The notes: generated by a model from the sequence alone, not told the origin. A stretch of 64,000 bases of DNA from a bacterium (GCA_044869275.1 JBIOXB010000048.1:18441-82440), one strand, 5' to 3'. Counted from the first letter of the stretch, positions 9,181 to 19,835 are shown. A program made the numbers and translations.

Positions 9181-10668
9181 TCAATATGCTTTCGCGATCA
9201 AAACGCGCTGCGCCGAAGGCTTGCCCGTGATCAGGCACCTGCCCGATTCTCTCTCGCCTTCCAGCGGAATACAGCGGATGGTGGCCTTGGTTTCTTCCTG
9301 CAAGCGGTCCTCGGCCTCGCGCTCGCCGCTCCAATGCGCCCAGAAAAATCCGCCGGGTTCTTCGATTTCTTTTTTGAACTGATCGTAGTCGTCGATGATC
9401 TTGGTGTTCTGCTCGCGAAATTCCAATGCGCGGCGGTACAAATTGTTTTGAATATCATCCAACGTGCGCTGGATTTCCTCGGCCAGGCCGTTCTGCGTCA
9501 GCACGCGCTTCTCCGCGGTATCGCGGCGCACCATCACCACGTTGCCGCTTTGCACGTCTTTCGGCCCCAGCTCAACGCGCACAGGCACGCCGCGCTTTTC
9601 CCACTCGTTGAACTTCCAACCCGGGCGGTAATTGTCACGATCGTCCAATTTGAACGAGAATTTGCCTTTCCATTCTGCGACGATTTTTTGCGCACGCGCC
9701 ATTACTTGCGCTTTCTCGCCCTCCCCCTTCCAGATGGGCACCAGCACGGCTTGAATGGGCGCAAGCCGGGGGGGCAACACCAGGCCTTGGTCGTCGCTGT
9801 GGGTCATGATCAACGCGCCGATTAGACGCGTGGAGGTACCCCAGCTCGTGGCCCAGACGTATTCCTGCTTGCCCTCTTCGCTGAGATAGCGCACGTCGAA
9901 GGCCTTGGCGAAGTTTTGCCCGAGGTGATGCGAAGTGCCGCCCTGCAACGCCTTGCGATCTTGCATCATGGCTTCGATGCAATAGGTGTGCAGCGCGCCC
10001 GCGAATTTTTCTTTTTCGGTTTTGCGCCCGGGAATCACCGGCATGGCCATATACTGCTCGGCAAACGTTTTGTAGACTTCCAGCATCTGGCGCGTTTCTT
10101 TTTCCGCTTCGTCGTAAGTGGCGTGCGCGGTATGGCCCTCCTGCCACAGAAACTCGGTGGTGCGCAAAAACAATCGCGTGCGCATTTCCCAGCGCACCAC
10201 ATTGCACCATTGGTTCATCAAGATCGGCAGATCGCGATAGGACTGTATCCATTTGCGGAACATCGACCAAATAATGGTCTCGGAAGTCGGGCGCACCACC
10301 AGCGGCTCTTCGAGTTTCTTGCCGCCGCCGTGCGTCACCACGGCGAGTTCGGGCGAAAAACCTTCGACATGCTCCGCTTCTTTATGCATGAAGCTTTCGG
10401 GAATAAACAAAGGAAAATACGCGTTCACGTGGCCGGTCTCTTTGAAGAGGCCGTCCATTCCCGCTTGCACTTTTTCCCAAATCGCATAACCGTGCGGCCG
10501 GATCACCATGCAGCCTTTCACCGGTGCGTGGTCGGCCAATTCCGCCGCGGCGATGACGTCGTTGTACCAGCGCGAATAATCTTCGGAACGTTTCGTGATC
10601 CGTTGCGGGCGTCCTGATGGTTCCGTTTGTGTCCTGTCGTTTTCCATGTTCGGTTTCGATCCATGCAT
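9181..10668 (-). CDS. proS: Proline--tRNA ligase, archaeal/eukaryotic type
   Basis: [32 protein letters not shown]-terminal AKAY. Start may be 10647. Confidence 0.95.
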   Translation of the reverse strand: MHGSKPNMENDRTQTEPSGRPQRITKRSEDYSRWYNDVIAAAELADHAPVKGCMVIRPHGYAIWEKVQAGMDGLFKETGHVNAYFPLFIPESFMHKEAEHVEGFSPELAVVTHGGGKKLEEPLVVRPTSETIIWSMFRKWIQSYRDLPILMNQWCNVVRWEMRTRLFLRTTEFLWQEGHTAHATYDEAEKETRQMLEVYKTFAEQYMAMPVIPGRKTEKEKFAGALHTYCIEAMMQDRKALQGGTSHHLGQNFAKAFDVRYLSEEGKQEYVWATSWGTSTRLIGALIMTHSDDQGLVLPPRLAPIQAVLVPIWKGEGEKAQVMARAQKIVAEWKGKFSFKLDDRDNYRPGWKFNEWEKRGVPVRVELGPKDVQSGNVVMVRRDTAEKRVLTQNGLAEEIQRTLDDIQNNLYRRALEFREQNTKIIDDYDQFKKEIEEPGGFFWAHWSGEREAEDRLQEETKATIRCIPLEGERESGRCLITGKPSAQRVLIAKAY

Positions 10669-10749
10669 AAATTCATCGTCCGAGACGGGCTGGGTCTGCG
10701 ATCAGCCACCTATTCTACCGTTGAAACGTGTTGCTGAGGCCCGCAGGAC

Positions 10750-10791
10750 AAAAAAAATGGACAGTGCCCAGAAAGCTCCACGGTCTGTCCA
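10750..10791 (-). terminator. Intrinsic terminator in the proS leader
   Basis: Minus strand TGGACAG...CTGTCCA stem followed by T8. Confidence 0.65.
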
Positions 10792-10816
10792 CTCGCCTGG
10801 TTTTGAGCGATTTAGT

Positions 10817-10845
10817 AATATATCATTCATTCAAAATTTTGTCAA
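10817..10845 (-). promoter_or_regulatory. Sigma70-type promoter upstream of proS
   Basis: TTGACA-N17-TATATT on the minus strand. Confidence 0.7.
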
Positions 10846-11137
10846 GCCGAATTTCCCGGATTGACAGATAGTCTCAAGATAGAAATTTTGGAGAACAAAA
10901 ATACACTAATTGCCAATTCATGGGCTTTCTTATCAAGCGGGGTCGCATGCCTCACCTTATAATTTGCTGCAAGATGGGAAAACGGAAGGGAGCATTCTAT
11001 TTATCCGGAGTGGGACAAAGCAACTGAACTCTCACAGAAACAAAGTTGAATATTCAGTGAGAGTTCGTTGTATGGCGGGCGATCGGTTTTCAGTTTCCAC
11101 CCATTCTTGGCCTTGGAGCCCGCTAGCCCCAAGTTTT

Positions 11138-11608
11138 TCAATTGATGGAGTGGCGCAGCAGCGTTACAATTTCAGGAAAGTGCAATAGCGGCGGTAATTT
11201 TTGCCTGGGCTTCAAGCGCAGTTCCCGCGCCGCGATCTCTCCCACTTTTTTCAAGAAACTGCTGGCCGCCGCGGTCTTGTGCACGAGATAATTCACGCCC
11301 TGGCGGCACGCCTCGTCGGTCAGCGTACGTTCGGTATTCGCCGTTACCATGACCACGGGCCGGTGCCACGCTTGAAAACGCAGCTTTTTCAGCAAGGTTA
11401 AGCCGTCGAGATCGGGGAGAGCATAATCGAGAATCAGCAAATCAATTTTCTCCCTTTGCAGGATGGACCAGCCCTCATAGCCGGACTGGGTCACACGCAA
11501 GGCGACCCAATACGTATTGAGCTCATGTGCCAGCAGTTCGAGGTGATCGAAATTGTCTTCGATTACCAAAATCTGCGGCAGCGGCGCCGTTTTCCCTTGA
11601 GCGACCAT
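11138..11608 (-). CDS. Single-domain response regulator
   Basis: ILVIEDN, LLILDYALPDLDGL (phospho-Asp), VMVTA; AAGGAG upstream of ATG 11608 (alternative start 11641). Confidence 0.8.
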   Translation of the reverse strand: MVAQGKTAPLPQILVIEDNFDHLELLAHELNTYWVALRVTQSGYEGWSILQREKIDLLILDYALPDLDGLTLLKKLRFQAWHRPVVMVTANTERTLTDEACRQGVNYLVHKTAAASSFLKKVGEIAARELRLKPRQKLPPLLHFPEIVTLLRHSIN

Positions 11609-11900
11609 ACACCCACTTTCTCCTTTCACGATGTCGTTCATGCTGTGGTAAGGTATTTTTTGAAAGCATAGAGCCGGGATGATCAGTTTCTCTGGCGCAT
11701 CACCTCCTGACCGACAAGGCCAGACCCTCGAACAAAAGAATCTCGAGTCACTTTAGATTTTGAAAAAGAAGGGTCAGTGTAGTCATTGAGCTTTCACCTG
11801 CACATGAGGTTCGTCAGGCCAAGTGATCTACGAACGATCTGGACCGCAAAAATTCTGTTTGGAGAGCAGCATCCCAAACGGCAGATGCGCGAAGGCGGGT

Positions 11901-11931
11901 AAAACTAAAAATGCCGTGACTCGTCACGGCA
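11901..11931 (-). terminator. Terminator after the tRNA
   Basis: TGCCGTGAC/GTCACGGCA hairpin followed by a T-rich tract on the minus strand. Confidence 0.7.
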
Positions 11932-11937
11932 CACGCG

Positions 11938-12011
11938 TGGGCGATAGTGGGATCGAACCACCGACCTCTGGTATGTGAGACCAGCGCTCTAACCAGCTGA
12001 GCTAATCGCCC
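11938..12011 (-). tRNA. tRNA-Val(CAC)
   Basis: GGGCGATTAGCTCAGCTGGTTAGAGCG-CTGGT-CT-CAC-AT-ACCAG-AGGTCGGTGGTTCGATCCCACTATCGCCCA folds as a cloverleaf; CCA not encoded. Confidence 0.95.
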
Positions 12012-12080
12012 TTGTGAATTTGCCGGAAGTTTTTATCTTCAAACACGGCCCGGGAGCTGATAGGCAATTTCGATGCATCG

Positions 12081-12109
12081 ATTTTAACAATTGAGGAAGC
12101 AAAAGTCAA
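12081..12109 (-). promoter_or_regulatory. Sigma70-type promoter for the tRNA
   Basis: TTGACT-N17-TAAAAT on the minus strand. Confidence 0.6.
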
Positions 12110-12123
12110 GGAATTTTACCGCC

Positions 12124-13089
12124 ATGATTTTGACGTGCGAAGACATTCGAGCGGCGGCGAAGCGCTTGCAGGGCGTGGCGCATCGCACACCGGTGTTGAC
12201 TTCTTCTTATTTGAATCACCGCACCCGGAACCGGCTCTACTTCAAATGCGAGAATTTCCAGCGCGTGGGCGCCTTCAAGTTTCGCGGGGCATACCATGCC
12301 ATCTCACAACTGCAGGAAGCAGAGCGCCGGCGCGGAGTGGTGGCATTCTCTTCCGGCAACCACGCGCAGGGCGTGGCTTTGGCGGCCTCGCTGTTGCACG
12401 TTTCCGCCAAAATCGTCATGCCCCTCGATGCACCACCGGCGAAATTGCAAGCGACGAATTCCTATGGCGCGGAAGTGGTCTTGTACGATCGCTATCAACA
12501 GGATCGCGCCGCCATCGCCGCAGAGATTCAGAAAAATGAGCAACGCGTGCTGATTCCGCCATTCGATCACCGCGACGTCATTGCCGGGCAGGGAACGGTG
12601 GCGTTGGAATTCTACGAGCAAGTGCCGCAGCTCGAAATCTTGCTCGCGCCGGTGGGCGGCGGCGGCTTGATTTCCGGCTGTGCACTGGCGCTGCATCATC
12701 TTTCACCGCAGGCCGAAATCTACGGCGTCGAAGCGGAAGTGGCCAACGACACTTTTCTATCACTGCAAAAGGGCGAGCGCGTGACCATTCCGGTGCCTCC
12801 CACCATCGCCGACGGCATGCAAGTCACCAGCCCGGGCGAGATGACGTTCGCCCTCATGCGCGAGCACCTCGCCGGGGTGTTGCTGGTTTCCGAAGCAGAA
12901 ATCAAAAACGCAATGCTGCTGGTTTTGGAACGCATGAAGATTCTGATCGAACCGACGGCCGCGGTGCCGGTGGCGGCCGCGCTCAAGAATGAAAAGAGCT
13001 GGAAAGATCGTCATATCGGTGTCGTTTTGAGCGGCGGGAATGTGGGATGGGATAAATTGAAGTTATGCTTGGAGGAGAAATGGGCTTAG
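12124..13089 (+). CDS. PLP-dependent serine/threonine dehydratase family enzyme (no ACT domain)
   Basis: KCENFQRVGAFKFRGA, SSGNHAQG, VGGGGLISG, SGGN. Confidence 0.9.
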   Translation: MILTCEDIRAAAKRLQGVAHRTPVLTSSYLNHRTRNRLYFKCENFQRVGAFKFRGAYHAISQLQEAERRRGVVAFSSGNHAQGVALAASLLHVSAKIVMPLDAPPAKLQATNSYGAEVVLYDRYQQDRAAIAAEIQKNEQRVLIPPFDHRDVIAGQGTVALEFYEQVPQLEILLAPVGGGGLISGCALALHHLSPQAEIYGVEAEVANDTFLSLQKGERVTIPVPPTIADGMQVTSPGEMTFALMREHLAGVLLVSEAEIKNAMLLVLERMKILIEPTAAVPVAAALKNEKSWKDRHIGVVLSGGNVGWDKLKLCLEEKWA

Positions 13090-13254
13090 AGGCAAAGATC
13101 TGTCCGTGAGAGATGCCATCCGAGAGCGTTTAGGGGAAATCCAGAGCATTGAAAGTGAATTGGCGCGACTGCAAGGCAACAAGATAAACCTCGAAAGTAA
13201 TGCCGCACCTGTTGAGGAACTGGACAAATTATTTCAGCAAGCGCTTACCGAGGT

Positions 13255-14286
13255 ATGGCGATAAGAAGAAATTTGCGAAGAAAATTTGGGCACTTGATCG
13301 ACAGCCTGGCGTGGCTTGGCATGCACACCATCGCGCGGCGGCAGGAAGGCAGGGTTCGGCCTTTTTTTCCAGCATACATTCAAGGCTTGCCCTCCGATCC
13401 GGCATTTTTGTTTCCAATGCCCACCGCGCCAAATCAGGCCGAAATCAAATATACGCCATGGCAAAGCAAAAGTCGACATTGGCGGCGCGATTTTTCTTTT
13501 CCTTCCGCGCGACCTACACCTCATTCGGAAAACAATGCGGTCTTCGTGCGCACCTTTGCCTCTCAAAGAGGCGGGCACGAGCCGGCCATGATCATGCTGC
13601 ACGGTTTGATGAACGTCTCTTTGATCGCTTACCGCCCGTTTATCCATGCGGTGCTGGCGTGTGGGGCCTGCGCCTATGCTATCGAATTGCCCTATCACCA
13701 CCGCCGCACACCGGCCGGCTCGATCTCCGGCGATCTGTTTCACACGGCGAATCTGGAAATGACGCTGCACGCCGTGCAACAAGCGGTGAGCGACACGCGC
13801 CGGCTGATCGTGTGGCTGCGCCAGTCCGGTACGCGGCACATCGGCATTTTGGGTTTCAGTTTGGGTGCCTGGATCGGCGGGCTGGTGGCCTGCTGTGAGC
13901 CGGGGCTGGATTTCGCCTTCTTGGGCATGCCACCGAATCATTTGAACCATCTCGTCTGGCATACCGCGCTCGGCGCGCAACTGTGCCGCCGCTTCGCGGC
14001 GCAGGGTTGGGAAGAAAAATTCACGTCGTCATTTTATGACCAGCTCGATCCCAAAACCTATTCGCCCCTGTTGCCGCCGGAAAATCTGCACCTCTACGCG
14101 GCGGAATTTGACTCGCTGATCGCGCTGGAGCATGTGCACGCGCTGCGCCGGGCGTGGGCGATGCCGGCTTTGCGCATTTATCCGCACGGCCATCTATCGA
14201 TAATGCTTTCGCGGCAATTGCATCGCGACTTTCGCGAGGATCTCCGGCGGCAATTGGCCACTTGCCGCGCGTTTTCGGTCTCGTGA
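13255..14286 (+). CDS. Alpha/beta hydrolase
   Basis: LHGL, nucleophile elbow GFSLG, AEFD, HGH. Confidence 0.8.
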   Translation: MAIRRNLRRKFGHLIDSLAWLGMHTIARRQEGRVRPFFPAYIQGLPSDPAFLFPMPTAPNQAEIKYTPWQSKSRHWRRDFSFPSARPTPHSENNAVFVRTFASQRGGHEPAMIMLHGLMNVSLIAYRPFIHAVLACGACAYAIELPYHHRRTPAGSISGDLFHTANLEMTLHAVQQAVSDTRRLIVWLRQSGTRHIGILGFSLGAWIGGLVACCEPGLDFAFLGMPPNHLNHLVWHTALGAQLCRRFAAQGWEEKFTSSFYDQLDPKTYSPLLPPENLHLYAAEFDSLIALEHVHALRRAWAMPALRIYPHGHLSIMLSRQLHRDFREDLRRQLATCRAFSVS

Positions 14287-14300
14287 ACGCCAGGGCGAGT

Positions 14301-14669
14301 TCACCTGCCGCTCTTCATCTCCAGTGATTCTGGCATGCGCTCCTTCTCTTCGCGTTTTTCGAGAATCGCGGAAACGATCAGGGCCATGCCGACGAAAATC
14401 GGCACGAGAGCCAGCGCGATCTCTGCGCCGAAAGGAGAGCGCACGAATTCTTCAAAAACCTGCGCCATGAAAATGGCCAGACCCAGCGCGATCGCGACCA
14501 GGCCGTACTTGATGCTGTTGAGCGAGCGGTTGCCGGTGCTGGAGAATTCCAGTTTGCTCACGCCTTTGTCGATCATACTCATGCGCTGGCGATGCTGCAG
14601 GATCTGCACCACAATAAACGCCACCGCGGCGAAAAAGCTGATCGGGATCAAGATTTCAACATGCGACAT
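14301..14669 (-). CDS. DUF6249-like membrane protein
   Basis: TM segment, HRQRMSMIDKG, two further TMs (IKYGLVAIALGLA); divergent from an ECF sigma gene. Confidence 0.7.
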   Translation of the reverse strand: MSHVEILIPISFFAAVAFIVVQILQHRQRMSMIDKGVSKLEFSSTGNRSLNSIKYGLVAIALGLAIFMAQVFEEFVRSPFGAEIALALVPIFVGMALIVSAILEKREEKERMPESLEMKSGR

Positions 14670-14765
14670 AATATCCTCCGTTGATGAGAGATTGCGCTGC
14701 GCTTTGGAGATATCCGAGAGTTGTACGGCGCGCGCCGTCAGGCATGCGCTGTTCTCATAACGTAT

Positions 14766-14845
14766 TGATCGGGGATTTGCTCAAAATGTTTCACCGCCCC
14801 AGAAATATTCCGGTTTGCGAAACATTTTGCCGGTGCGGCGGGTCA
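14766..14845. promoter_or_regulatory. Back-to-back ECF-type promoters
   Basis: Plus strand GAAACATTTTG-N11-GGTCA (14819-14845); minus strand GAAACATTTTG-N11-GATCA (14792-14766). Confidence 0.65.
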
Positions 14846-14879
14846 TAACGATTGTCACCCAATCGTGGAATTCCGTCTG

Positions 14880-15443
14880 ATGGAACCTGATCACAAATTG
14901 GTTGCACGCGTTTGCAGCGGCGAACGCGAGGCGTTTGCGCAGCTGGTAGAGCGCTATCGCGCGCGCATTTTTCACACGACTCTGCGCATGCTGAAAAATC
15001 GCGAAGAGGCGGAGGAGGCGGCGCAGGATACCTTTTTGCGCGCTTATCGCGGCCTGCCCAATTTTCGCGAGGAGGCCAGCTTTTCCACCTGGGTTTACAA
15101 GATTTGCTATAATGTTTGTTTGAGTTATCTCGAGCGCAAGAAAATCAGAGCTACGGTTTCCGAAGAAGAATTGCTCGATCTGCCCGCTGCCGAGACACCG
15201 GAAAAACTGTTTGAGAATCGCGAATTCGAAGAACTCGTGAGCCACGCGCTGGCGGCTTTGCCCGTCGTTTATCGCAGTGTGCTGGTGCTGTATCACACGC
15301 AGCATCTGAGCTATCAGGAAATCGCGGAAATTACCGGGCAGCCCATCAACAGTGTGAAAACCCATCTTTTTCGCGGGCGGGCGCTGCTGCGACAACACAT
15401 TCTAAGCGTGCAGCCGCAGGAGGAGTGGATGTCAATGGTTTGA
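14880..15443 (+). CDS. ECF RNA polymerase sigma factor
   Basis: AEEAAQDTFLRAY, FSTWVYKI, LSYQEIAEITG..NSVKTHLFRGR. Confidence 0.92.
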   Translation: MEPDHKLVARVCSGEREAFAQLVERYRARIFHTTLRMLKNREEAEEAAQDTFLRAYRGLPNFREEASFSTWVYKICYNVCLSYLERKKIRATVSEEELLDLPAAETPEKLFENREFEELVSHALAALPVVYRSVLVLYHTQHLSYQEIAEITGQPINSVKTHLFRGRALLRQHILSVQPQEEWMSMV

Positions 15444-15502
15444 TTGCAGAGTGCTGCTTTGAGTTTTTCAACAAGCTGTTCAGTTCAACCATGGTTTTCC
15501 TC

Positions 15503-16054
15503 ATGAACTGCCAAGCCTTTCGCAAATTTTTGGATGAATCCGAGAGCGCCGCCCGCGTACAGGATTTGCCATTGCCGTTGCAGGAGCATCTGCACGGGTG
15601 TTTTTTGTGCCAAAGAGAATGGCAGCTCCATCAACGCCTGTTTGACGCCTTGGCACACGAGCCCGATTATCCCCCAGCTCAGGCCTTTGTGGCGGCGGTG
15701 ATGGCCAGGCTGCCGGCCGCGCCGTTTAAGAAGCGCCGGTTTGATTTCGATACGCTGCTCATGCTGGCGTTGGTTCCGGCGGCGTTCACGGCCTTGTGGT
15801 ATTTGAGCCGGGCGTTCTGGCCGCGCCTGATCTCGCGGGAAACACTGGAAACGTTTTATGGCTTGATCGAAAAAATTGGGCGGGATTTTCTGCGCATCAC
15901 GTTCGGGAAGATGCAGGAGATGATGATTCACACCTTTGGTCAGGACATGGTGGCGCAGGTGGGGCAGGTGATTTTCATCTCGGCGGTGACTTTTTTGGTG
16001 GCCAAGAGCGCGGTGTTGCTCGAGAGCCGCATCCGCCGCAGGTTAAACGGATGA
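15503..16054 (+). CDS. Membrane anti-sigma factor with a zf-HC2-type zinc motif
   Basis: MNCQAF...EHLHGCFLC (HxxxCxxC) plus TM segments, directly after the ECF sigma gene. Confidence 0.75.
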   Translation: MNCQAFRKFLDESESAARVQDLPLPLQEHLHGCFLCQREWQLHQRLFDALAHEPDYPPAQAFVAAVMARLPAAPFKKRRFDFDTLLMLALVPAAFTALWYLSRAFWPRLISRETLETFYGLIEKIGRDFLRITFGKMQEMMIHTFGQDMVAQVGQVIFISAVTFLVAKSAVLLESRIRRRLNG

Positions 16055-16070
16055 AAGCACCGCATCCCTC

Positions 16071-16859
16071 TCAAAGTCCCCCATACGCCCCCCCGTCAAC
16101 CAGAAACGTGCTGCCGGTAATATAACTCGCACGCTTGCTGGCGAGAAATGCCACGAGGGAAGCCACTTCTTCGGGCCGGCCCATTCTGCCTAACGGAATG
16201 CTGCGCTCTAAGCGCTCGACGGCTTCCTGCAGGGTGATGCCTTCGCGCTTGGCCTGCGCTTGCATGATGACGTTGACGCGGTCGGTAAGCGTCCAGCCGG
16301 TGCCGACGCTGTTCACGGTGATGTTGCTGGGCGCCAATTCCAGCGCCAGCGATTTGGCGAGGCCGCTCACCGCGCTGCGCAGGGCGTTGGGAATGACCAT
16401 GCCGTCGATGGGTTGTTTGACCGCGATGGAAGTAATGTGAATGATGCGCCCCCATTTTTGTTTTTTCATGTAAGGGATGGCGGCGCGGCAGAGATGGATC
16501 ACGCTCATCAACACCAGCTCGATGCCCTGCCGCCAATGCTGGTCTTCCACTTCGGGAAATTTTCCGGGCGCGGGCCCGCTGGCGTTCGTGACCAGGATGT
16601 CCAGCCCGCCGAATTTTTTCACGCAACTCTGCGTAACGCGCGCGACGTCTTCGGGCCTTGCCACGTCTGCGACTTCATATTCGACCTTGCCTCCGCCCAG
16701 CGCGCGGATGGCATCTGCCGCTTGTTCGAGCGCCACCACGCCGCGTGCGCACAGCATCACGTTCACTTCTTCTTGCACCAAAGCTTCGGCGGCGGCGCGG
16801 CCGAGGCCCTTGCTCGACGCCGTTACCAGCGCGGTTTTGCCGCTAATGTCAAGATCCAA
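16071..16859 (-). CDS. SDR family oxidoreductase
   Basis: TASSKGLG, LVTNASGP, GRMGRPEE, ITGSTFLVDGG. Confidence 0.9.
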   Translation of the reverse strand: MDLDISGKTALVTASSKGLGRAAAEALVQEEVNVMLCARGVVALEQAADAIRALGGGKVEYEVADVARPEDVARVTQSCVKKFGGLDILVTNASGPAPGKFPEVEDQHWRQGIELVLMSVIHLCRAAIPYMKKQKWGRIIHITSIAVKQPIDGMVIPNALRSAVSGLAKSLALELAPSNITVNSVGTGWTLTDRVNVIMQAQAKREGITLQEAVERLERSIPLGRMGRPEEVASLVAFLASKRASYITGSTFLVDGGAYGGL

Positions 16860-16964
16860 TTGCCCACCTCTCTGTACCCGTTGCGTGGATGCTTTTCCTG
16901 CTTTCCGGTGAAACGCTTCCTCTCCTTTCGGGAAGCGCTACCCCCTGCAAAAAAGCCGCGTGAA

Positions 16965-17423
16965 TTATTTGATTTCCGGACCCGCGCTCCAGTCATAGCC
17001 GATCATTTTGTCGTCGTGCGGAAGGCGTCCTTCTTCGGCAGGGTCATAAATCTTTGAAGTAATGTAAAACAAATGAGTCGCGCCGCTCAATGCTTTGCAG
17101 CCATGCGCCACGCCCGCGGGAATCTTGACGATCTGCGCCGGATAGTTCTCCCCTAAAAAGATCGTCTGCAATTTTCCCGCTGTCGGAGAATCGCGGCGTT
17201 TGTCGTACAACGCCACTTTGAGATTGCCGACAGGCACGTACCACCAATCGATTTGCGTCGGGTGAATGTGCCAGGCCTTGGCCACGCCGGCGTACATCAG
17301 CGAGTGGCTCCACTGTGCAAAGCCTTCTTTGAAAAACTCGTCCGTGTTGCGAATCAGTTCACGAAAAAAACCACGTTCATCGGCGTGCGTCGTGAGCGCT
17401 TTCACTCTTACGCCTTCAATCAT
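16965..17423 (-). CDS. dTDP-4-dehydrorhamnose 3,5-epimerase-like cupin
   Basis: DERGFFRE, KAWHIH, IPAGVAHG. Confidence 0.85.
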   Translation of the reverse strand: MIEGVRVKALTTHADERGFFRELIRNTDEFFKEGFAQWSHSLMYAGVAKAWHIHPTQIDWWYVPVGNLKVALYDKRRDSPTAGKLQTIFLGENYPAQIVKIPAGVAHGCKALSGATHLFYITSKIYDPAEEGRLPHDDKMIGYDWSAGPEIK

Positions 17424-17492
17424 GCAAAGCCTTGCCGGTTTGGAATTGGGAGGTGCGCTGTTTAAACAATTTCGGACGGGAAATGTAGAGAA

Positions 17493-19685
17493 TCAACGTG
17501 CGGGAAGCAACCGTTTTTTTGCGGCAGGTGCGTGCAACGAAAAGTCGAGCGTGCGGTCCGCGCTCTGGTGCGTGCTTAAATCGGTGATGGTAATGGTCAG
17601 ACGATATTCTCCCGGTTCCGCGCCGGTCAGCTCGAGGGCATGATACAGCTTTTCCTCCGGCGCCGTGCCCCGTGTTTCAAAAGAAGAAGCAATCACGGCT
17701 GGCTTGGCGCCCGCGCCAAACCAACGGCCCAGCGTTTTGAAGGCGCCGGCGAAGAGGTCGCGCTGCTCCACCACCGGCGCGACTTTATTTTCCACGCGAA
17801 AATACGTTCCGCCGGCTTCAGCCGTAGCGAGATTGTACACTTCGTAGTAAACATAGATCGGTGCGCCTACCTCAAATGCGCGCGACAGGCTGGGAATAAC
17901 GCTGACCTCACCTTTTTGATAAAGCACCAGTCCGGGCTGCGCCTCTGTGACCTGCCGGGCGAGCAAGACACTGCTCATTTGCAGCGCCCCGGCCGAAAAC
18001 CGCTCGACGGTAATGGCCTGGCGTTCGCTGCCGGAGCGCCCCGAGCCCGGCTCTTTGGCTTCCAGTACCAGATTGAATTCGCCGGGAGGCGCGCGCATCG
18101 TCCAACGCTCGATCAATAAAGCCTCGTCTTCGCCGGTATTTTTGAAGCGCAGGCGGCGCTGCTCGCGGCGCTGCACGATCGGCTTCCAATTCGCGTCGCA
18201 TAAAAACAGGCCGCGCTGCAACGCGAAAGCGCTCACCGTATCTGGGAGGAAGCGGGTCTCGAGATCCGAAGCGTGCAAGCCGTAATAGATCTCCAGCAGC
18301 GTGCTGTCTGCCGCCCCGCCGCTGGCCGCGGGCGCGCGAAACTGCGCGATCACGTGCGGCAGCTCGAGAGGCCGGCCCCCGCCGTGTGGAAAATAGAAGC
18401 GCTCGGGCTCTTTTTCAATTTTGGTCTCAAAGAGGTTTTTGCCGTCGAGATTGGGATCGAAGCTCCACGCGAACACGTAGTTCTGGCTCATGGCGCGGTC
18501 TTCGTAGAGCATGTAGAAATCGCCGTAATCCCACATTTCTTTCGAGGCCAGAAACGTCACGTGCCCAGAGGGCGATGTGCCCAGGTCCGCGGGCGTGCGC
18601 GTGCGGCTGCGCGGAAATCCGAAACGGATCAGCGTCTGGCCGCGGTCACTCTTCCAGCCTGCCACGCCTTTCAGCGGCTGGCTGAAGCGCAAATTGGCAT
18701 AGGCGATCCGGCTGAAATGTTCCATCAGCCGTTCGTTCACCGTGGTGAGAAAAAGCGGATCGCGCGCCTGCCAGAAACGCGCCGCCATCTGTGCGCGCCC
18801 TTCTGTTTTTTGTTTCATATACACGCGCAAGGAATCCGGCGCGAGCACCGTGGCAAGCGAATAGAACAATTCGCGCTCGACGAGCGACATTTGCGCAAAG
18901 GCCCCGTCGTAGGCCTGCTGCGCTTGCTCCATTTGGGACAAGCGCGTGTAGGCCAATCCTTGCAGCAATAAAAGATCGACCAGGCTCGGCTGCGGCAGGA
19001 AGTTGTTTTCCTCCGGGCCGGCCGGGCGATCGGCGTTGATGGTGAGCGCATCACGCAACAAATCAGACATTTCTTGAAAACGCTCCGCTTCGAAATACAA
19101 GCCTGCGAGCCGGTAATACGCGCCCAGCAACAGAGGATCGAGCGCGATCGCCGTGCGCAGCAGGCGCTCGGCTTCAAGGTAATCTTCCACCGCAAAGGAG
19201 TAAAACGAAATGGCGGCGTTTTCATGAAAGCTCACTTTGTCACGGTTGCGCAGCATCTCCTCTTCGGCAAAGAGCGCGAGCTGATAGTAGGGCCGGCCCT
19301 CGGCGGGATTCAATCGCATGATCTTTTTCAATTCACGCCGTGCGCAACCGAGAAAATCGCGTTGTACGTGAAGCTGGGCGAGAGCATAGCGGAAGGTGGT
19401 ATTGCGCGGCTCCAAAGTAACGGCGCGCTCCAAAGCTTCCAGCGCGTGCCTGCGGCCCTCGAGCGTGCCCTTTGCAGCCCACGCCAGGCCGAGTTGATGA
19501 TAACCTTCGGCGTTGCGGCGGTCCCAGCGCGTCACTTGGTCGAGTTTCTCGATAACCCTGGCGAGTGGCATGGAATCGCGTGCGGCCAGGGTTTCGCGCA
19601 AGAGCTGCTGCGCCATGGCGCTTTTGGACGCTTGCCCGTCGCCGGATGAAATCGCGAGGGTGGCAATTGTCAGCAGGGCGATCAT
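17493..19685 (-). CDS. TPR + GWxTD domain-containing secreted protein
   Basis: Signal peptide, TPR-like repeats, FWQARDP...RIAYANLRF...GWKSDRGQTLIRFGFP. Confidence 0.85.
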   Translation of the reverse strand: MIALLTIATLAISSGDGQASKSAMAQQLLRETLAARDSMPLARVIEKLDQVTRWDRRNAEGYHQLGLAWAAKGTLEGRRHALEALERAVTLEPRNTTFRYALAQLHVQRDFLGCARRELKKIMRLNPAEGRPYYQLALFAEEEMLRNRDKVSFHENAAISFYSFAVEDYLEAERLLRTAIALDPLLLGAYYRLAGLYFEAERFQEMSDLLRDALTINADRPAGPEENNFLPQPSLVDLLLLQGLAYTRLSQMEQAQQAYDGAFAQMSLVERELFYSLATVLAPDSLRVYMKQKTEGRAQMAARFWQARDPLFLTTVNERLMEHFSRIAYANLRFSQPLKGVAGWKSDRGQTLIRFGFPRSRTRTPADLGTSPSGHVTFLASKEMWDYGDFYMLYEDRAMSQNYVFAWSFDPNLDGKNLFETKIEKEPERFYFPHGGGRPLELPHVIAQFRAPAASGGAADSTLLEIYYGLHASDLETRFLPDTVSAFALQRGLFLCDANWKPIVQRREQRRLRFKNTGEDEALLIERWTMRAPPGEFNLVLEAKEPGSGRSGSERQAITVERFSAGALQMSSVLLARQVTEAQPGLVLYQKGEVSVIPSLSRAFEVGAPIYVYYEVYNLATAEAGGTYFRVENKVAPVVEQRDLFAGAFKTLGRWFGAGAKPAVIASSFETRGTAPEEKLYHALELTGAEPGEYRLTITITDLSTHQSADRTLDFSLHAPAAKKRLLPAR

Positions 19686-19835
19686 GGGGGGAAATTAAGA
19701 AAGCAAAGTTGAAAATCAAGGCTGGCGTGACGAACATCATCAAATAGAATTTGCACAACGACGCAATCCTAGAAGAGGCCGACCAAGCAGTATGCGCCCT
19801 CATTCTATTAATAACACCATGGCCAGCCTGCTCCT

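Noticed and set aside
10669..10845. T-box riboswitch upstream of proS
   Set aside because: The leader is too short and no T-box consensus or specifier stem is visible.
11138..12011. Integrative element at tRNA-Val
   Set aside because: No integrase and no repeat of the tRNA 3' end seen in the window.
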